Positions 8,692 through 17,764 of a stretch of 46,571 bases of DNA are shown here, piece after piece. Positions within the stretch are counted from its first letter, which is position 1, and every line of letters starts with the position of its first letter. A program made the translations under genes and the position numbers. Origin of the DNA: an uncultured Gemmatimonadaceae bacterium (GTDB lineage Bacteria > Gemmatimonadota > Gemmatimonadetes > Gemmatimonadales > Gemmatimonadaceae); NCBI GenBank assembly GCA_963790305.1, contig CAWBOC010000011.1, positions 1 through 46,571 of the forward strand, in the 5' to 3' direction. The notes beneath the pieces are model-generated. The model was given only the letters and a program-made list of their open reading frames with translations, did no database searches and had not been told where the DNA came from.

Positions 8692-10440
8692 ATGCGTGCC
8701 CTCCTGTCCCGGCGTCCCAGCTGGCCCCTCGTCCTTCTTTTTGCCAGCCTCGGCGCCACCGCCATTGCGGCCATCGAGGCTCATCGGACGGTTCGATCGC
8801 AACGCGCGCTCGCCGAGCACGCGCTGCGCGATTACGCGGCCTTCGCATCGTGGAGCTACCAGCAGCACCTCCGCGAGTCAATGAGCGGTGCCGTTCGGGA
8901 GGCGTTAGGTGCGGTGAATCACGGCGACAATCTCCACACCGCTCCGGAGATACCGGATGCCTCCGAAGTCCCGCACTACCTGCCGTGGGACGACGGCTGC
9001 TCCTGCCACAAGCCTCGGCTCGGCCCCATCCCGGCTGCCTTTTTCGGATTCACGTTAGGCGGTGACACGCTGGGTCTGGCGCTCAATACGCATACCCATC
9101 CCGAGCACGGCTGGCTTGTCCAGCCGCCGCGAGAGCCGGTGCCGGTACCGGCGACGCTGGTCAATGACCGCGAGGAGCGACGCTGGGTCACCGACACCCT
9201 CACCGCACAAATACGCGGGGGCGTCCGGTCGGACTGGCGGTACAACGTCGTGGTCGGTGAGTGGCGCGGGGAACCGCGCCTGCTCGCCTACACCCTCATG
9301 CCCACGACGCGTGGCGACACGGTCGTCTACGGCGCGACGTATACGCAAAGCTCGTTTGCCTCGCTGCTCGGCGGCATCCTCGACCGCGATGGTGTGCTAC
9401 CGGCGAGCTTCACGCGCGATCGTCGCAATCGCGACATCGTGACGATTGCCGTGACGAATGCGCGTGGTCGCGCACTGTACGAATCGAGCCCCGGAACCGA
9501 GTGGCGGTTCGACGCGTCGAGCACGCTTCCGCTGTCCTTCGGCGCGCTTCACGTGCGGGCGCAGATCCGGCCGGCGCTCGCGGGCGAGATCATCATCGGC
9601 GGGCTGCCGAGGTCTCGGCTTCCGTTCCTGCTCGCGCTCCTGGCACTGTCGGCGGCGCTGGCCGTGGTGGCCGTCATGCAGCTGCGTCGAGAAGAGGAGC
9701 TTTCCACCCAACGCGCTCGATTCGTCTCTGGCGTATCCCACGAGCTGCGCACGCCGCTGGCGCAGATTCGCCTCTATCTCGAGACGCTGCGCCTTGGGCG
9801 CTTTCGCACCGACGCCCAGCGTGAGCGCTCACTCGAGCAGATCGACCGGGAGACCCGGCGCCTCGCGCACCTGGTCGAGAACGTTTTGCGCTTCTCGCGT
9901 CGAGGCACGCAAGCGCCTGACGACGTTGCGAGGGAGCCGGTCGACGTCGCCAGCGAGGTGCAGGAGGTGGCGAGCGAGCTGGCCTTGCTCGCCGCGGCAC
10001 GGCGGGCGACCATCGCCGTCGAAGTGCGTGGTCACCCCACCGTGATCATGGTCCCCGGGACGCTGCGACAGGTCCTCATCAATCTCCTCGACAATGCCGT
10101 GAAATACGGGCCGCCCGAGCAGAGCGTTCGCGTCACCGTGGAAGGGGATGCACGCTCGGCGCGGATTGAAGTGCTCGACGAGGGGCCGGGGATACCCGCG
10201 CCGGAACGTGAGGTGGTCTTTCAGCCATTTCGCCGCGGACGCGCTGCGGCATTGAGCGGGGCGGGGGGTAGCGGCATCGGGCTGACGATCGTGCGCGAGA
10301 TCGTCGTGGCGCATGGCGGCGTGGTATCGGTCGCCGACTCTCAGCAGGGGGCAAGAATCGTCGTGGAGCTTCCCGCGGTCGCCGCGAGCTCGAGCGAGCG
10401 GCCGAGCATCGCGCGTGAGTCATCGCCAGTCGCGACCTGA
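8692..10440 (+). CDS. Membrane sensor histidine kinase (HisKA + HATPase_c)
   Basis: Two TM segments around a large extracytoplasmic domain; H-box VSHELRTPL, N-box NLLDNAVKY, DEGPGI, GSGIGL. Confidence 0.93.
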   Translation: MRALLSRRPSWPLVLLFASLGATAIAAIEAHRTVRSQRALAEHALRDYAAFASWSYQQHLRESMSGAVREALGAVNHGDNLHTAPEIPDASEVPHYLPWDDGCSCHKPRLGPIPAAFFGFTLGGDTLGLALNTHTHPEHGWLVQPPREPVPVPATLVNDREERRWVTDTLTAQIRGGVRSDWRYNVVVGEWRGEPRLLAYTLMPTTRGDTVVYGATYTQSSFASLLGGILDRDGVLPASFTRDRRNRDIVTIAVTNARGRALYESSPGTEWRFDASSTLPLSFGALHVRAQIRPALAGEIIIGGLPRSRLPFLLALLALSAALAVVAVMQLRREEELSTQRARFVSGVSHELRTPLAQIRLYLETLRLGRFRTDAQRERSLEQIDRETRRLAHLVENVLRFSRRGTQAPDDVAREPVDVASEVQEVASELALLAAARRATIAVEVRGHPTVIMVPGTLRQVLINLLDNAVKYGPPEQSVRVTVEGDARSARIEVLDEGPGIPAPEREVVFQPFRRGRAAALSGAGGSGIGLTIVREIVVAHGGVVSVADSQQGARIVVELPAVAASSSERPSIARESSPVAT

Positions 10441-11124
10441 ATGGCGCGCATTCTGATCGTCGAAGACAGCGAGGATCTCGCCGAAGCGCTCGCGCACAAT
10501 CTCGAGCTGGAAGGACATGATGCGAAGATCGCCGGCGACGGTCGTGTTGCCCTCGCGACCGCGAGCGAATGGGAGCCGCATCTCGTCATACTCGATCTCA
10601 TGCTGCCCGGCATCAATGGGTACGAAGTGCTGCGCCGGTTGCGCGGCAATGACTACGACGGCCCGGTGATGATCCTCACCGCGAAGGGCGAGGAAGCCGA
10701 CAAGGTGAGAGGCTTCCGGCTCGATGCCGATCAGTACGTCACGAAGCCGTTTGGTCTGCTGGAATTGCTCGAGCGCGTGTCCTCGCTGCTCCGGCGATCG
10801 GGCGCGCGCACCCCGCCTGAGCGGCCGCGGATCGAGTTCGGCACCATCGCGATCGACCCGGCTTCCCGCTCGGTGACCCGCGCCGGGGAGCGCGTAACGC
10901 TCACGCCAAAGGCGTACGATCTGCTAATGGCGCTCATCGAGCGCGACGGCGCCGTCATCTCGCGCGCCGAGCTTCTGCGTGAAGTGTGGGGCTACGGCGC
11001 GTTCGTGCTCTCCCGGACTGTCGACTCGCACGTTGCCGAGCTCCGGCGGAAGCTCGAGGGCGACCCGACGAACCCGCGCCACATCGTCACCGTGTGGAAG
11101 GTGGGATACCGGTTCGTGGTGTGA
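10441..11124 (+). CDS. OmpR/PhoB-family response regulator
   Basis: ILIVEDS..LDLMLP..KPF receiver; winged helix SRTVDSHVAELRRKL..TVWKVGYRF. Confidence 0.96.
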   Translation: MARILIVEDSEDLAEALAHNLELEGHDAKIAGDGRVALATASEWEPHLVILDLMLPGINGYEVLRRLRGNDYDGPVMILTAKGEEADKVRGFRLDADQYVTKPFGLLELLERVSSLLRRSGARTPPERPRIEFGTIAIDPASRSVTRAGERVTLTPKAYDLLMALIERDGAVISRAELLREVWGYGAFVLSRTVDSHVAELRRKLEGDPTNPRHIVTVWKVGYRFVV

Positions 11125-11145
11125 CCCTCGCGGGGACCCGCGCTA

Positions 11146-11167
11146 ACACATCTGTCACAACTGTCGC
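11146..11167 (+). promoter_or_regulatory. Putative response-regulator binding box upstream of the sulfur-relay operon
   Basis: ACACATCTGTCACAACTGTCGC; overlaps CTAACA-N5-GTCACA, an 11-bp-period direct repeat typical of OmpR/PhoB sites. Confidence 0.6.
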
Positions 11168-11187
11168 ACCGAACGGCCAACCATTCA

Positions 11188-11252
11188 GGACTGCGAGCTG
11201 CGAACTTCGAACCGCAAGCTGTTCCTCGTGCGCACTTCGCCGTCCGCAGTCT
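11188..11252. repeat. Inverted heptamer arrays (RACTGCG)n ... (CGCAGTC)-like
   Basis: GACTGCG AGCTGCG AACTTCG AACCGCA ... CACTTCGC CGTCCGC AGTC in the leader of the rhodanese gene. Confidence 0.7.
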
Positions 11253-11271
11253 TCTCTCTCTTGGAGGCCTC

Positions 11272-12171
11272 GTGCTTCTCTCCTTCGCCGTCGTTGTCGC
11301 GGTCGCGACCAGCACCCCAGCCGCATCCGACTCGGCGTGGCCCGCCTCAATGGTGGTATCCGCCGAGTGGCTCGCCAGCCATCGCGACGATCGCAGGGTC
11401 GTACTCCTGCACGTCGGCGAGCGGCGTGGCTACGAGCGCGAGCACATTCCCGGTGCGCGCTACATCTCCTTCGAGGACGTCGCACGGCGCGGCGAAGCGG
11501 CGGGCGGCAACACGCTGGAGATGCTCCCTCCGGAAGAGCTGCGCGCGAACCTGGAGCGATTCGGCATCTCCGACGATTCGCGCATTGTCGTGTACTACGC
11601 CGACGAATGGGTCTCGCCCGCAACCCGCGTCATCTTCACCCTCGATTGGTTCGGCCTCGGCGACCGCACGACACTCCTCGACGGCGGCATCGATGCCTGG
11701 AAGCGCCGAGGACTCCCGCTCACCAACGACGTTCCACCGGCTGCGAACGGAAGGCTGTCGTCGCGCACGCCGCGACCGATCATCGTCGACGCCGCCTGGG
11801 TTCGCGCGAACGCACCTGGGAAGGGCGTCGCATTGGTCGACGCGCGCGCGCCCGTGTACTACGACGGCCCAAAGCACGGCGAGCACCGTCCCGGACACAT
11901 TCCCGGCGCCGTGAACATCCCGTTCACGGCCCTCGCGGACGACAGCATGCGCCTCACGAGCCTCACCGCCTTGCGCGACCAGTTCCGAGCCGCCGGCGTG
12001 AAAGACGGCGACACCATCGTCGCGTACTGCCACATCGGTCAGCAGGCGACAGCGGTTCTGTTTGCGGCGCGCGCGCTCGGGTACCAGGTGAAGCTGTACG
12101 ACGGCTCATTCGACGATTGGTCGCGGCGCACCGAGCTCCCGGTGGAAAGCTCGCGGAAGGGCAGCGAGTGA
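11272..12171 (+). CDS. Exported tandem-domain rhodanese / sulfurtransferase (SseA/TST-like)
   Basis: Signal-peptide-like N-terminus; EHIPGA, GHIPGAVNIP, active site YCHIGQQA, LYDGSFDDW; GTG start with RBS GGAGG. Confidence 0.92.
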   Translation: MLLSFAVVVAVATSTPAASDSAWPASMVVSAEWLASHRDDRRVVLLHVGERRGYEREHIPGARYISFEDVARRGEAAGGNTLEMLPPEELRANLERFGISDDSRIVVYYADEWVSPATRVIFTLDWFGLGDRTTLLDGGIDAWKRRGLPLTNDVPPAANGRLSSRTPRPIIVDAAWVRANAPGKGVALVDARAPVYYDGPKHGEHRPGHIPGAVNIPFTALADDSMRLTSLTALRDQFRAAGVKDGDTIVAYCHIGQQATAVLFAARALGYQVKLYDGSFDDWSRRTELPVESSRKGSE

Positions 12172-12689
12172 GCTCCGGCGCGCGCGGGGCGCCGTACGGC
12201 AGCCCCTACCTCGCTGGCGTCGGGATCGGGGTCGTGCTGATCGTCACTTACGTCGTCATGGGCCACGGAATCGGCGTGTCCGGTGCGCTGACGAGCGTCG
12301 TCGGCACCGCGGCGACGGCCGCGTCGAACGCGCCGGCATTACCGGCGTGGGACGGGTATGCAGCCAGCGGATTTGGCGCGCTCCTCGGCGACTGGTTCGT
12401 CGTCGAGGTGATAGGGATCACGTTAGGCGGCCTCGCGTCGGCTGCGCTGGCGGGGCGGCTCCGCCGCGATACCGAGCGGGGCGACGGCGTCGGTGTGAGC
12501 CGGAGGTTGGCGTTCGCGGCAAGCGGCGGCGCCATCATGGGGATCGGGGCGCGGCTCGCGAAGGGATGCACGAGCGGGCAGGCACTCACGGGCGGGTCGC
12601 TGCTCAGCGTCGGCAGCTGGATCTTCATCGCCACGGCGTTCGCGGCGGCGTATCTCGTGGCACCGCTCGTGAGGCGCGAGTGGCGATGA
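12168..12689 (+). CDS. YeeE/YedE family sulfur-compound transporter subunit 1
   Basis: SPYLAGVGIG.., GARLAKGCTSGQALTGG; GTG overlaps the upstream TGA. Confidence 0.9.
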   Translation: MSSGARGAPYGSPYLAGVGIGVVLIVTYVVMGHGIGVSGALTSVVGTAATAASNAPALPAWDGYAASGFGALLGDWFVVEVIGITLGGLASAALAGRLRRDTERGDGVGVSRRLAFAASGGAIMGIGARLAKGCTSGQALTGGSLLSVGSWIFIATAFAAAYLVAPLVRREWR

Positions 12690-13276
12690 TCGCTCCTGTC
12701 TACGACACAGGCGCCCTGGGCCCGGGCAGCGGGCTCGCCGTTGCGTTGGCCGTTGGTGTTGCCTTCGGCTTCTTTCTCGAGCGCGCGGGACTCGGGAGCG
12801 CACGGAAGCTGTCCGCGCAATTCCAGCTCACCGATTTCACGGTGCTGAAGGTCATGTTCACCGCGATCATCACCGCCTCGCTGGGAATCTTCTGGCTCTC
12901 GCGACTTGGCGCACTCGATCTCACTCGCGTCTATGTCCCCGAGACCTATCTGGTGCCTCAGTTGGTCGGTGGGGCGGTGTTTGGCGCCGGATTCGTGATC
13001 GCGGGACTCTGCCCGGGCACGGCGTGCGTCTCGGCTGCAACGGGACGAGGCGATGGCGTGGCGGTCGTTGGCGGACTGTTGCTGGGCATTCTGGCGTACG
13101 GCGCGATGCATCCGGTCGTCGAGCGGTTCGCGAGCTCGACACCGCGTGGGACGTTCACGCTGCCGCAGCTCATCGGCACGTCGCACGGCGTGACCCTGCT
13201 GATTCTGGTGAGTGCCGGACTCGCGGCCTTCCGTGGAGCGCAGTGGCTCGAGTCGCGACGGGCGGCACGCGTATGA
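12686..13276 (+). CDS. YeeE/YedE family sulfur-compound transporter subunit 2
   Basis: GVAFGFFLERAG, DFTVLKVMFTAI, GFVIAGLCPGT; ATGA coupling. Confidence 0.9.
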   Translation: MIAPVYDTGALGPGSGLAVALAVGVAFGFFLERAGLGSARKLSAQFQLTDFTVLKVMFTAIITASLGIFWLSRLGALDLTRVYVPETYLVPQLVGGAVFGAGFVIAGLCPGTACVSAATGRGDGVAVVGGLLLGILAYGAMHPVVERFASSTPRGTFTLPQLIGTSHGVTLLILVSAGLAAFRGAQWLESRRAARV

Positions 13277-13848
13277 CGACGGTCGCCAAGCGCACCATCC
13301 ATCGCGGGCTTGCCGCGGCTGCACTGGTGCTGGCAACGCTCGCCGCGGTGACGGGCGATGCGTCTTCGAGCGGAACCTCCCGCGTCGGTGCGGAGGTGAC
13401 CGCTCTCGAGCTCGCTGGCTGGATTCGCGAGGCGAGGCCCAACCTGCGCGTCCTCGATCTTCGCGACGCCAGGGCGTTCGAATCATTCGCCATTCCCGGT
13501 GCCGAGCGCATGAGCGCGGCGGAGCTCGCCCGCGTGCGCTGGGAGCGTGAGGCGAACATCGTCGTCTACTCGGACAGCGAGAGCACCTCGCGGAATGCGA
13601 CGGAGGTGCTGCGCTCAGCCGGAGTGCGGAATGCATATGTCCTGCGCGGTGGCGTGGCAGAATGGGTGAGCACGATCGCCGCGCCGGTCCTGCCGGCGAA
13701 TCCGTCTCCCGAGCAGGCTGCGATTTCACGTGACATCGCCGAAATGAGTCGCTGGTTTGGTGGCGTGCCGCGCGTGGGCGATCCCGTTTCAACGACTGGC
13801 GACAGCCTCCGTGAAGCGCTCGGGCGCATCAGGCGGCGCGGATGCTGA
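13273..13848 (+). CDS. Membrane-anchored/exported single rhodanese-like domain lacking the active-site Cys, with C-terminal RRRGC
   Basis: N-terminal hydrophobic helix, VLDLRD..IPGA, IVVYS (Ser for Cys), LRGGVAEW; ends RRRGC*. Confidence 0.8.
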   Translation: MTTVAKRTIHRGLAAAALVLATLAAVTGDASSSGTSRVGAEVTALELAGWIREARPNLRVLDLRDARAFESFAIPGAERMSAAELARVRWEREANIVVYSDSESTSRNATEVLRSAGVRNAYVLRGGVAEWVSTIAAPVLPANPSPEQAAISRDIAEMSRWFGGVPRVGDPVSTTGDSLREALGRIRRRGC

Positions 13849-15230
13849 CAGGGGTCCGCGCTGCGACGCAGAGTGTCGAGGAGGCGCATGACGACGCGCG
13901 CTATTTCGCTCTCCTGCGCGCGCGTGAGCTCTCGCGCGTTGATCGTGAGCGCCAGACCTACCTCGACTGGACGGGAAGCGCATTACACCCCGAGTCGCTC
14001 GTCAGACGGCACGTTCAGGCCCTTCACGAGACCGTTCTGGGCAATCCCCACTCCGACAGTGTGGCCTCGCGGGCGAGCACAGAGCTGATCGAACAGGCGC
14101 GTGCCGCGGTACTGCGCTTTCTCGATGCGCCTGCCGAGGAGTACGACGTGTGCTTCAGCGCGAACGCCTCGGGCGCGATGCGGCTGGTCGGTGAGGCATA
14201 CCCGTTTGGGCGGGAATCTCAGCTCGTACTCGCCGCTGACAATCACAACTCTGTCAACGGTCTTCGCACCTACGCGCGCGCCGCCGGCGCCACGGTACGT
14301 GTGCTGTCGCTCGATGCAGACCTGCGGCTCGAGGGCGGCGTGGCAGCACTCGGTGTTGAACGCGTGGCTGGACCTTCGCTCATGGCGTTTCCGGCACAAT
14401 CCAACTTCTCCGGTGTGCGGCATCCGCTCGCGCTCGTCGATCGGGCGCACGAGCTGGGTTTCGATGTGCTGCTCGACGCCGCGGCCTTCTTGCCGACGTC
14501 GCCTCTATCGCTGCGCGACGTCCCAGCAGACTTCGTCGGTCTCTCGCTGTACAAGATCGCGGGCTATCCATCCGGCATCGGCGCGCTGGTCGCACGCCGG
14601 GCGGCACTGGCCGCGCTCCGGCGACCATCCTTCTCCGGGGGGACGGTCGAAGCCGTTTCCGCATGGGATGACGTCCACGTGCTCAAGGGCAACGCGGAAG
14701 CGTTCGAGGATGGAACGGTCAATTTCCTCGGCCTCGCCGCCGTCCCCGCGGCGCTCGAGTTCATGGCGACCATCGGCGTGCCGCGTATCTCACGTCGAGT
14801 CGGCGCACTCGGTCGCGAGCTGCAGCACCGGCTTGCATCGCTGCGCCATCGAAACGGCGCACCGCTCGTCGCGCTCTACGGCGCCCGCGGGGAGGATCGG
14901 GGCGCGACGATCGCCTTCAACGTGCTCGACGCGACCGGCACCGTTATTCCCTACTGGCTCGTCGAAGAGCGGGCTCGTGGAATGCGCGTGTCCATCCGCG
15001 GCGGCTGCTTCTGTAATCCCGGCGCGGCGGAGCGCGCGCTCGGGATCGATTCCAATGCACTCGCCGATTGCCTGCGCCAGGCACGCGAGCAGCGCGTCGC
15101 GTTCTCCCACGCGTGGCTGGCCGAATGCCTCGGCACACCGGTTGGCGCGCTACGGATCTCGCTCGGCTACGGGACAGACGCGGGCGATATTTCGCGTGGT
15201 CTTGGCGTTGTCGTGCGTTGGAGGACGTAG
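13842..15230 (+). CDS. Class V PLP enzyme, cysteine desulfurase of the molybdenum-cofactor-sulfurase (MOCOS/ABA3 NifS-domain) type
   Basis: YLDWTGS, GNPHS, DNHNSVNG, FPAQSNFSG, LLDAAA, SLYKIAGYPSGIGAL, FEDGT, RGGCFCNPG; no MOSC domain. Confidence 0.85.
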   Translation: MLTGVRAATQSVEEAHDDARYFALLRARELSRVDRERQTYLDWTGSALHPESLVRRHVQALHETVLGNPHSDSVASRASTELIEQARAAVLRFLDAPAEEYDVCFSANASGAMRLVGEAYPFGRESQLVLAADNHNSVNGLRTYARAAGATVRVLSLDADLRLEGGVAALGVERVAGPSLMAFPAQSNFSGVRHPLALVDRAHELGFDVLLDAAAFLPTSPLSLRDVPADFVGLSLYKIAGYPSGIGALVARRAALAALRRPSFSGGTVEAVSAWDDVHVLKGNAEAFEDGTVNFLGLAAVPAALEFMATIGVPRISRRVGALGRELQHRLASLRHRNGAPLVALYGARGEDRGATIAFNVLDATGTVIPYWLVEERARGMRVSIRGGCFCNPGAAERALGIDSNALADCLRQAREQRVAFSHAWLAECLGTPVGALRISLGYGTDAGDISRGLGVVVRWRT

Positions 15231-15245
15231 CCGGGAATTTGCCCC

Positions 15246-15275
15246 TTGAAATAGGGGTGGGGGGTATGCTAGCCT
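15246..15275 (+). promoter_or_regulatory. copZA promoter with overlapping CsoR/RcnR-like G-tract operator
   Basis: TTGAAA-N18-TAGCCT with an extended-10 TG; spacer contains ATAGGGGTGGGGGGTAT; ATG is 6 nt after the -10, so probably leaderless. Confidence 0.65.
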
Positions 15276-15280
15276 TCAGC

Positions 15281-15490
15281 ATGCGGACCCTCAATCTCAC
15301 TATCGACGGCATGTCCTGCGGCCACTGTGTCGCGCGCGTCACGAAGACGCTCGGCGCGATGAACGGGCTCGAGGTCGAGGCCGTGCGGATTGGCGCGGCC
15401 GAGCTTCGGTACGATCCCGAGCAGCGCTCGGTGGATGACATCCTCGAGGCGGTGCGCGACGCGGGGTACGAGCCGGCCGTCGCCGAGTAA
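15281..15490 (+). CDS. copZ: Copper chaperone CopZ (HMA domain)
   Basis: MRTLNLTIDGMSCGHCV..DAGY, 69 aa. Confidence 0.93.
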   Translation: MRTLNLTIDGMSCGHCVARVTKTLGAMNGLEVEAVRIGAAELRYDPEQRSVDDILEAVRDAGYEPAVAE

Positions 15491-15505
15491 GGGGCGAGCG
15501 GAATA

Positions 15506-17764
15506 GTGGCCGCGACACTCGAGACGCCCCCGCCACAGACGACGCGCGTCAGCATCCCGGTCGGCGGGATGACGTGCGCGGCCTGCCAGGCGAGCGTGCA
15601 GCGCGCGCTCTCGAAAGAGCCGGGCGTGCTCGACGCCTCCGTCAACCTCATGACCGAGAGCGCGGCGGTGACGTTCGACCCCGCCGTCACCACACCAGCG
15701 GCCCTCGTCAGCGCGATTCAGCGCACCGGCTATGACGCGGCGCTTCCATCGCCCGCGCGCGACACCTTCGCCGAGCAAGAGGCGCGCGAGCGCGATCAGG
15801 CCCGCGACTACGAAACGCTGCGCCGAAAGGCCATCGTCAGCGGGATCATCGGCGTCGTGGCGATGCTCGCGTCGATGTCGATGATGAGCGACGGCAACCA
15901 TGCCCCCGCGCTGTCATGGGCCTTGCTCGCGGTGACGGTGTTCGTGATGGCCTGGGCGGGCCGCCACTTCTACGTGCGCGGGTGGAGGAGTCTCCGGCGC
16001 CGCTCCCCCGACATGAATACGCTGATCGCGATCGGCACCGGCGCCGCGTTCCTGTACTCCGCCACCGCGACCATCGCACCTGGGCTGTTCCTGCGCCACG
16101 GGCTGACACCCGACGTGTACTACGAGGCGGTGATCATCATCATCGCGCTCATCCTCACCGGGAACACCCTCGAAGCACGTGCGAAACGCAACACGGCATC
16201 CGCGCTTCGGGCACTGGCGAGCTTGCAGCCAAAGGTGGCGCGGCTGGAGCGCGGAGGCGCCGACGTTGACGTGCCCGTTGAACAGGTGCGGCGTGGGGAC
16301 GTGGTGCTGGTGAGGCCGGGCGAGCGCATCCCGGTCGACGGCGAGCTCATTGCCGGCGAGAGCGCTGTCGACGAGTCGATGATCACTGGCGAATGGATGA
16401 CGGTGTCGAAGCGGGCGGGCGACCGTGTCACCGGAGGCACGATCAACCGCAGCGGAGCCTTTCGCTATCGCGCAACGACGCTCGGGGCCGACAGCGTGCT
16501 CGCGCGCATCGTCCGCGTCATGCGCGATGCACAGGCTTCACGCGCACCCGTGCAGGCGCTCGCGGACCGCATCAGCGCGATTTTCGTCCCGACGGTGCTG
16601 GCGATCGCGGTGGCGACGTTCGCCATCTGGATGCTGGTGGGCGGGGAGGCTTCGCTGGCCCACGCGCTGGCGGCTTCGGTCTCCGTACTGATCATCGCGT
16701 GCCCTTGCGCGATGGGACTCGCCGTTCCCACGGCGGTAATGGTCGCCACCGGCCGTGGCGCGCAGATGGGCGTGCTCATCAAGGGCGGAGAAGCGCTGCA
16801 GCGCGCCGGCGAAATAACACTGGTGGCGCTCGACAAGACAGGCACGCTCACGGAGGGACGGCCGACCGTCACCGACATCATCCCGGTGTCCGCCGAGCCC
16901 GGTGCGGACGAGCTGCTGCGACTCGCCGCCGCGGTCGAATCCGTGAGCGAGCATCCGCTGGCGGAAGCAATCGTGAGGCATGCAACGGAGCGCGGGCTCA
17001 CCAGCGAGCGGCCCCAGGCGTTCGATGCACGACCGGGACGAGGTGTGCGGGCCACGGTGGGGGGACGGACCGTCGCGATCGGCAACGAAGAGTTCATGCG
17101 AGAGCTTGGCGTCAATGTCGCGCCGCTTGGCCCCAACCTGGCGCGCGTGGCGGAGGCGGCCAGGACGCCGGTGTTGATAGCGGTCGATGGGATGTTGGCC
17201 GGCCTCATTGCGATCGCCGATCCGCTGCGAGCAACGGCGGTGGAAACCGTTCGCGCACTACGCAGGCGCGGCCTCGAGGTCGCGCTGATCACCGGTGATC
17301 ACCAGCGGACCGCCCAGGCGATCGCGCGCCAGGCAGGGATCGATCACGTCGTCGCGGGAGTCTCTCCCGAAGGCAAGGTCGCCGAGATCGAGCGCCTGCG
17401 CGCGAGTGGGCACGTCGTCGCGATGGTGGGTGACGGCATCAACGACGCGCCCGCGTTGGCGAGCGCGGATGTTGGCATCGCCATTGGCACGGGCACCGAC
17501 ATCGCGCTCGAGGCCGCCGACGTCGCCCTCATGCGGGGCGACCCGCAGGGCGTGGTCGATGCCATCGACCTGTCGCGGCGTACGATGCGCACGATGCGGC
17601 AGAATCTCTTCTGGGCATTCGTCTACAACGTGATCGGCATCCCCGTCGCGGCTGGCGTGCTCTATCCGGCGTTCGGGCTGCTGCTGAATCCCATCTTCGC
17701 CAGTGCGGCGATGGCATTCAGCTCTGTCAGCGTCGTGACGAACTCGCTCCGGCTGCGAGCCTAA
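15506..17764 (+). CDS. copA: Cu(I)-translocating P1B-type ATPase
   Basis: [37 protein letters not shown] motifs. Confidence 0.96.
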   Translation: MAATLETPPPQTTRVSIPVGGMTCAACQASVQRALSKEPGVLDASVNLMTESAAVTFDPAVTTPAALVSAIQRTGYDAALPSPARDTFAEQEARERDQARDYETLRRKAIVSGIIGVVAMLASMSMMSDGNHAPALSWALLAVTVFVMAWAGRHFYVRGWRSLRRRSPDMNTLIAIGTGAAFLYSATATIAPGLFLRHGLTPDVYYEAVIIIIALILTGNTLEARAKRNTASALRALASLQPKVARLERGGADVDVPVEQVRRGDVVLVRPGERIPVDGELIAGESAVDESMITGEWMTVSKRAGDRVTGGTINRSGAFRYRATTLGADSVLARIVRVMRDAQASRAPVQALADRISAIFVPTVLAIAVATFAIWMLVGGEASLAHALAASVSVLIIACPCAMGLAVPTAVMVATGRGAQMGVLIKGGEALQRAGEITLVALDKTGTLTEGRPTVTDIIPVSAEPGADELLRLAAAVESVSEHPLAEAIVRHATERGLTSERPQAFDARPGRGVRATVGGRTVAIGNEEFMRELGVNVAPLGPNLARVAEAARTPVLIAVDGMLAGLIAIADPLRATAVETVRALRRRGLEVALITGDHQRTAQAIARQAGIDHVVAGVSPEGKVAEIERLRASGHVVAMVGDGINDAPALASADVGIAIGTGTDIALEAADVALMRGDPQGVVDAIDLSRRTMRTMRQNLFWAFVYNVIGIPVAAGVLYPAFGLLLNPIFASAAMAFSSVSVVTNSLRLRA

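Noticed and set aside
10986..12689. 567-aa ORF as a fused YeeE protein
   Set aside because: The N-terminal part is an off-frame shadow of the regulator and rhodanese; the real start is GTG 12168.
13840..13900. Selenocysteine read-through at RRRGC-TGA
   Set aside because: The TGA lies inside the start region of the next gene, the read-through frame is not protein-like, and no clear SECIS is visible.
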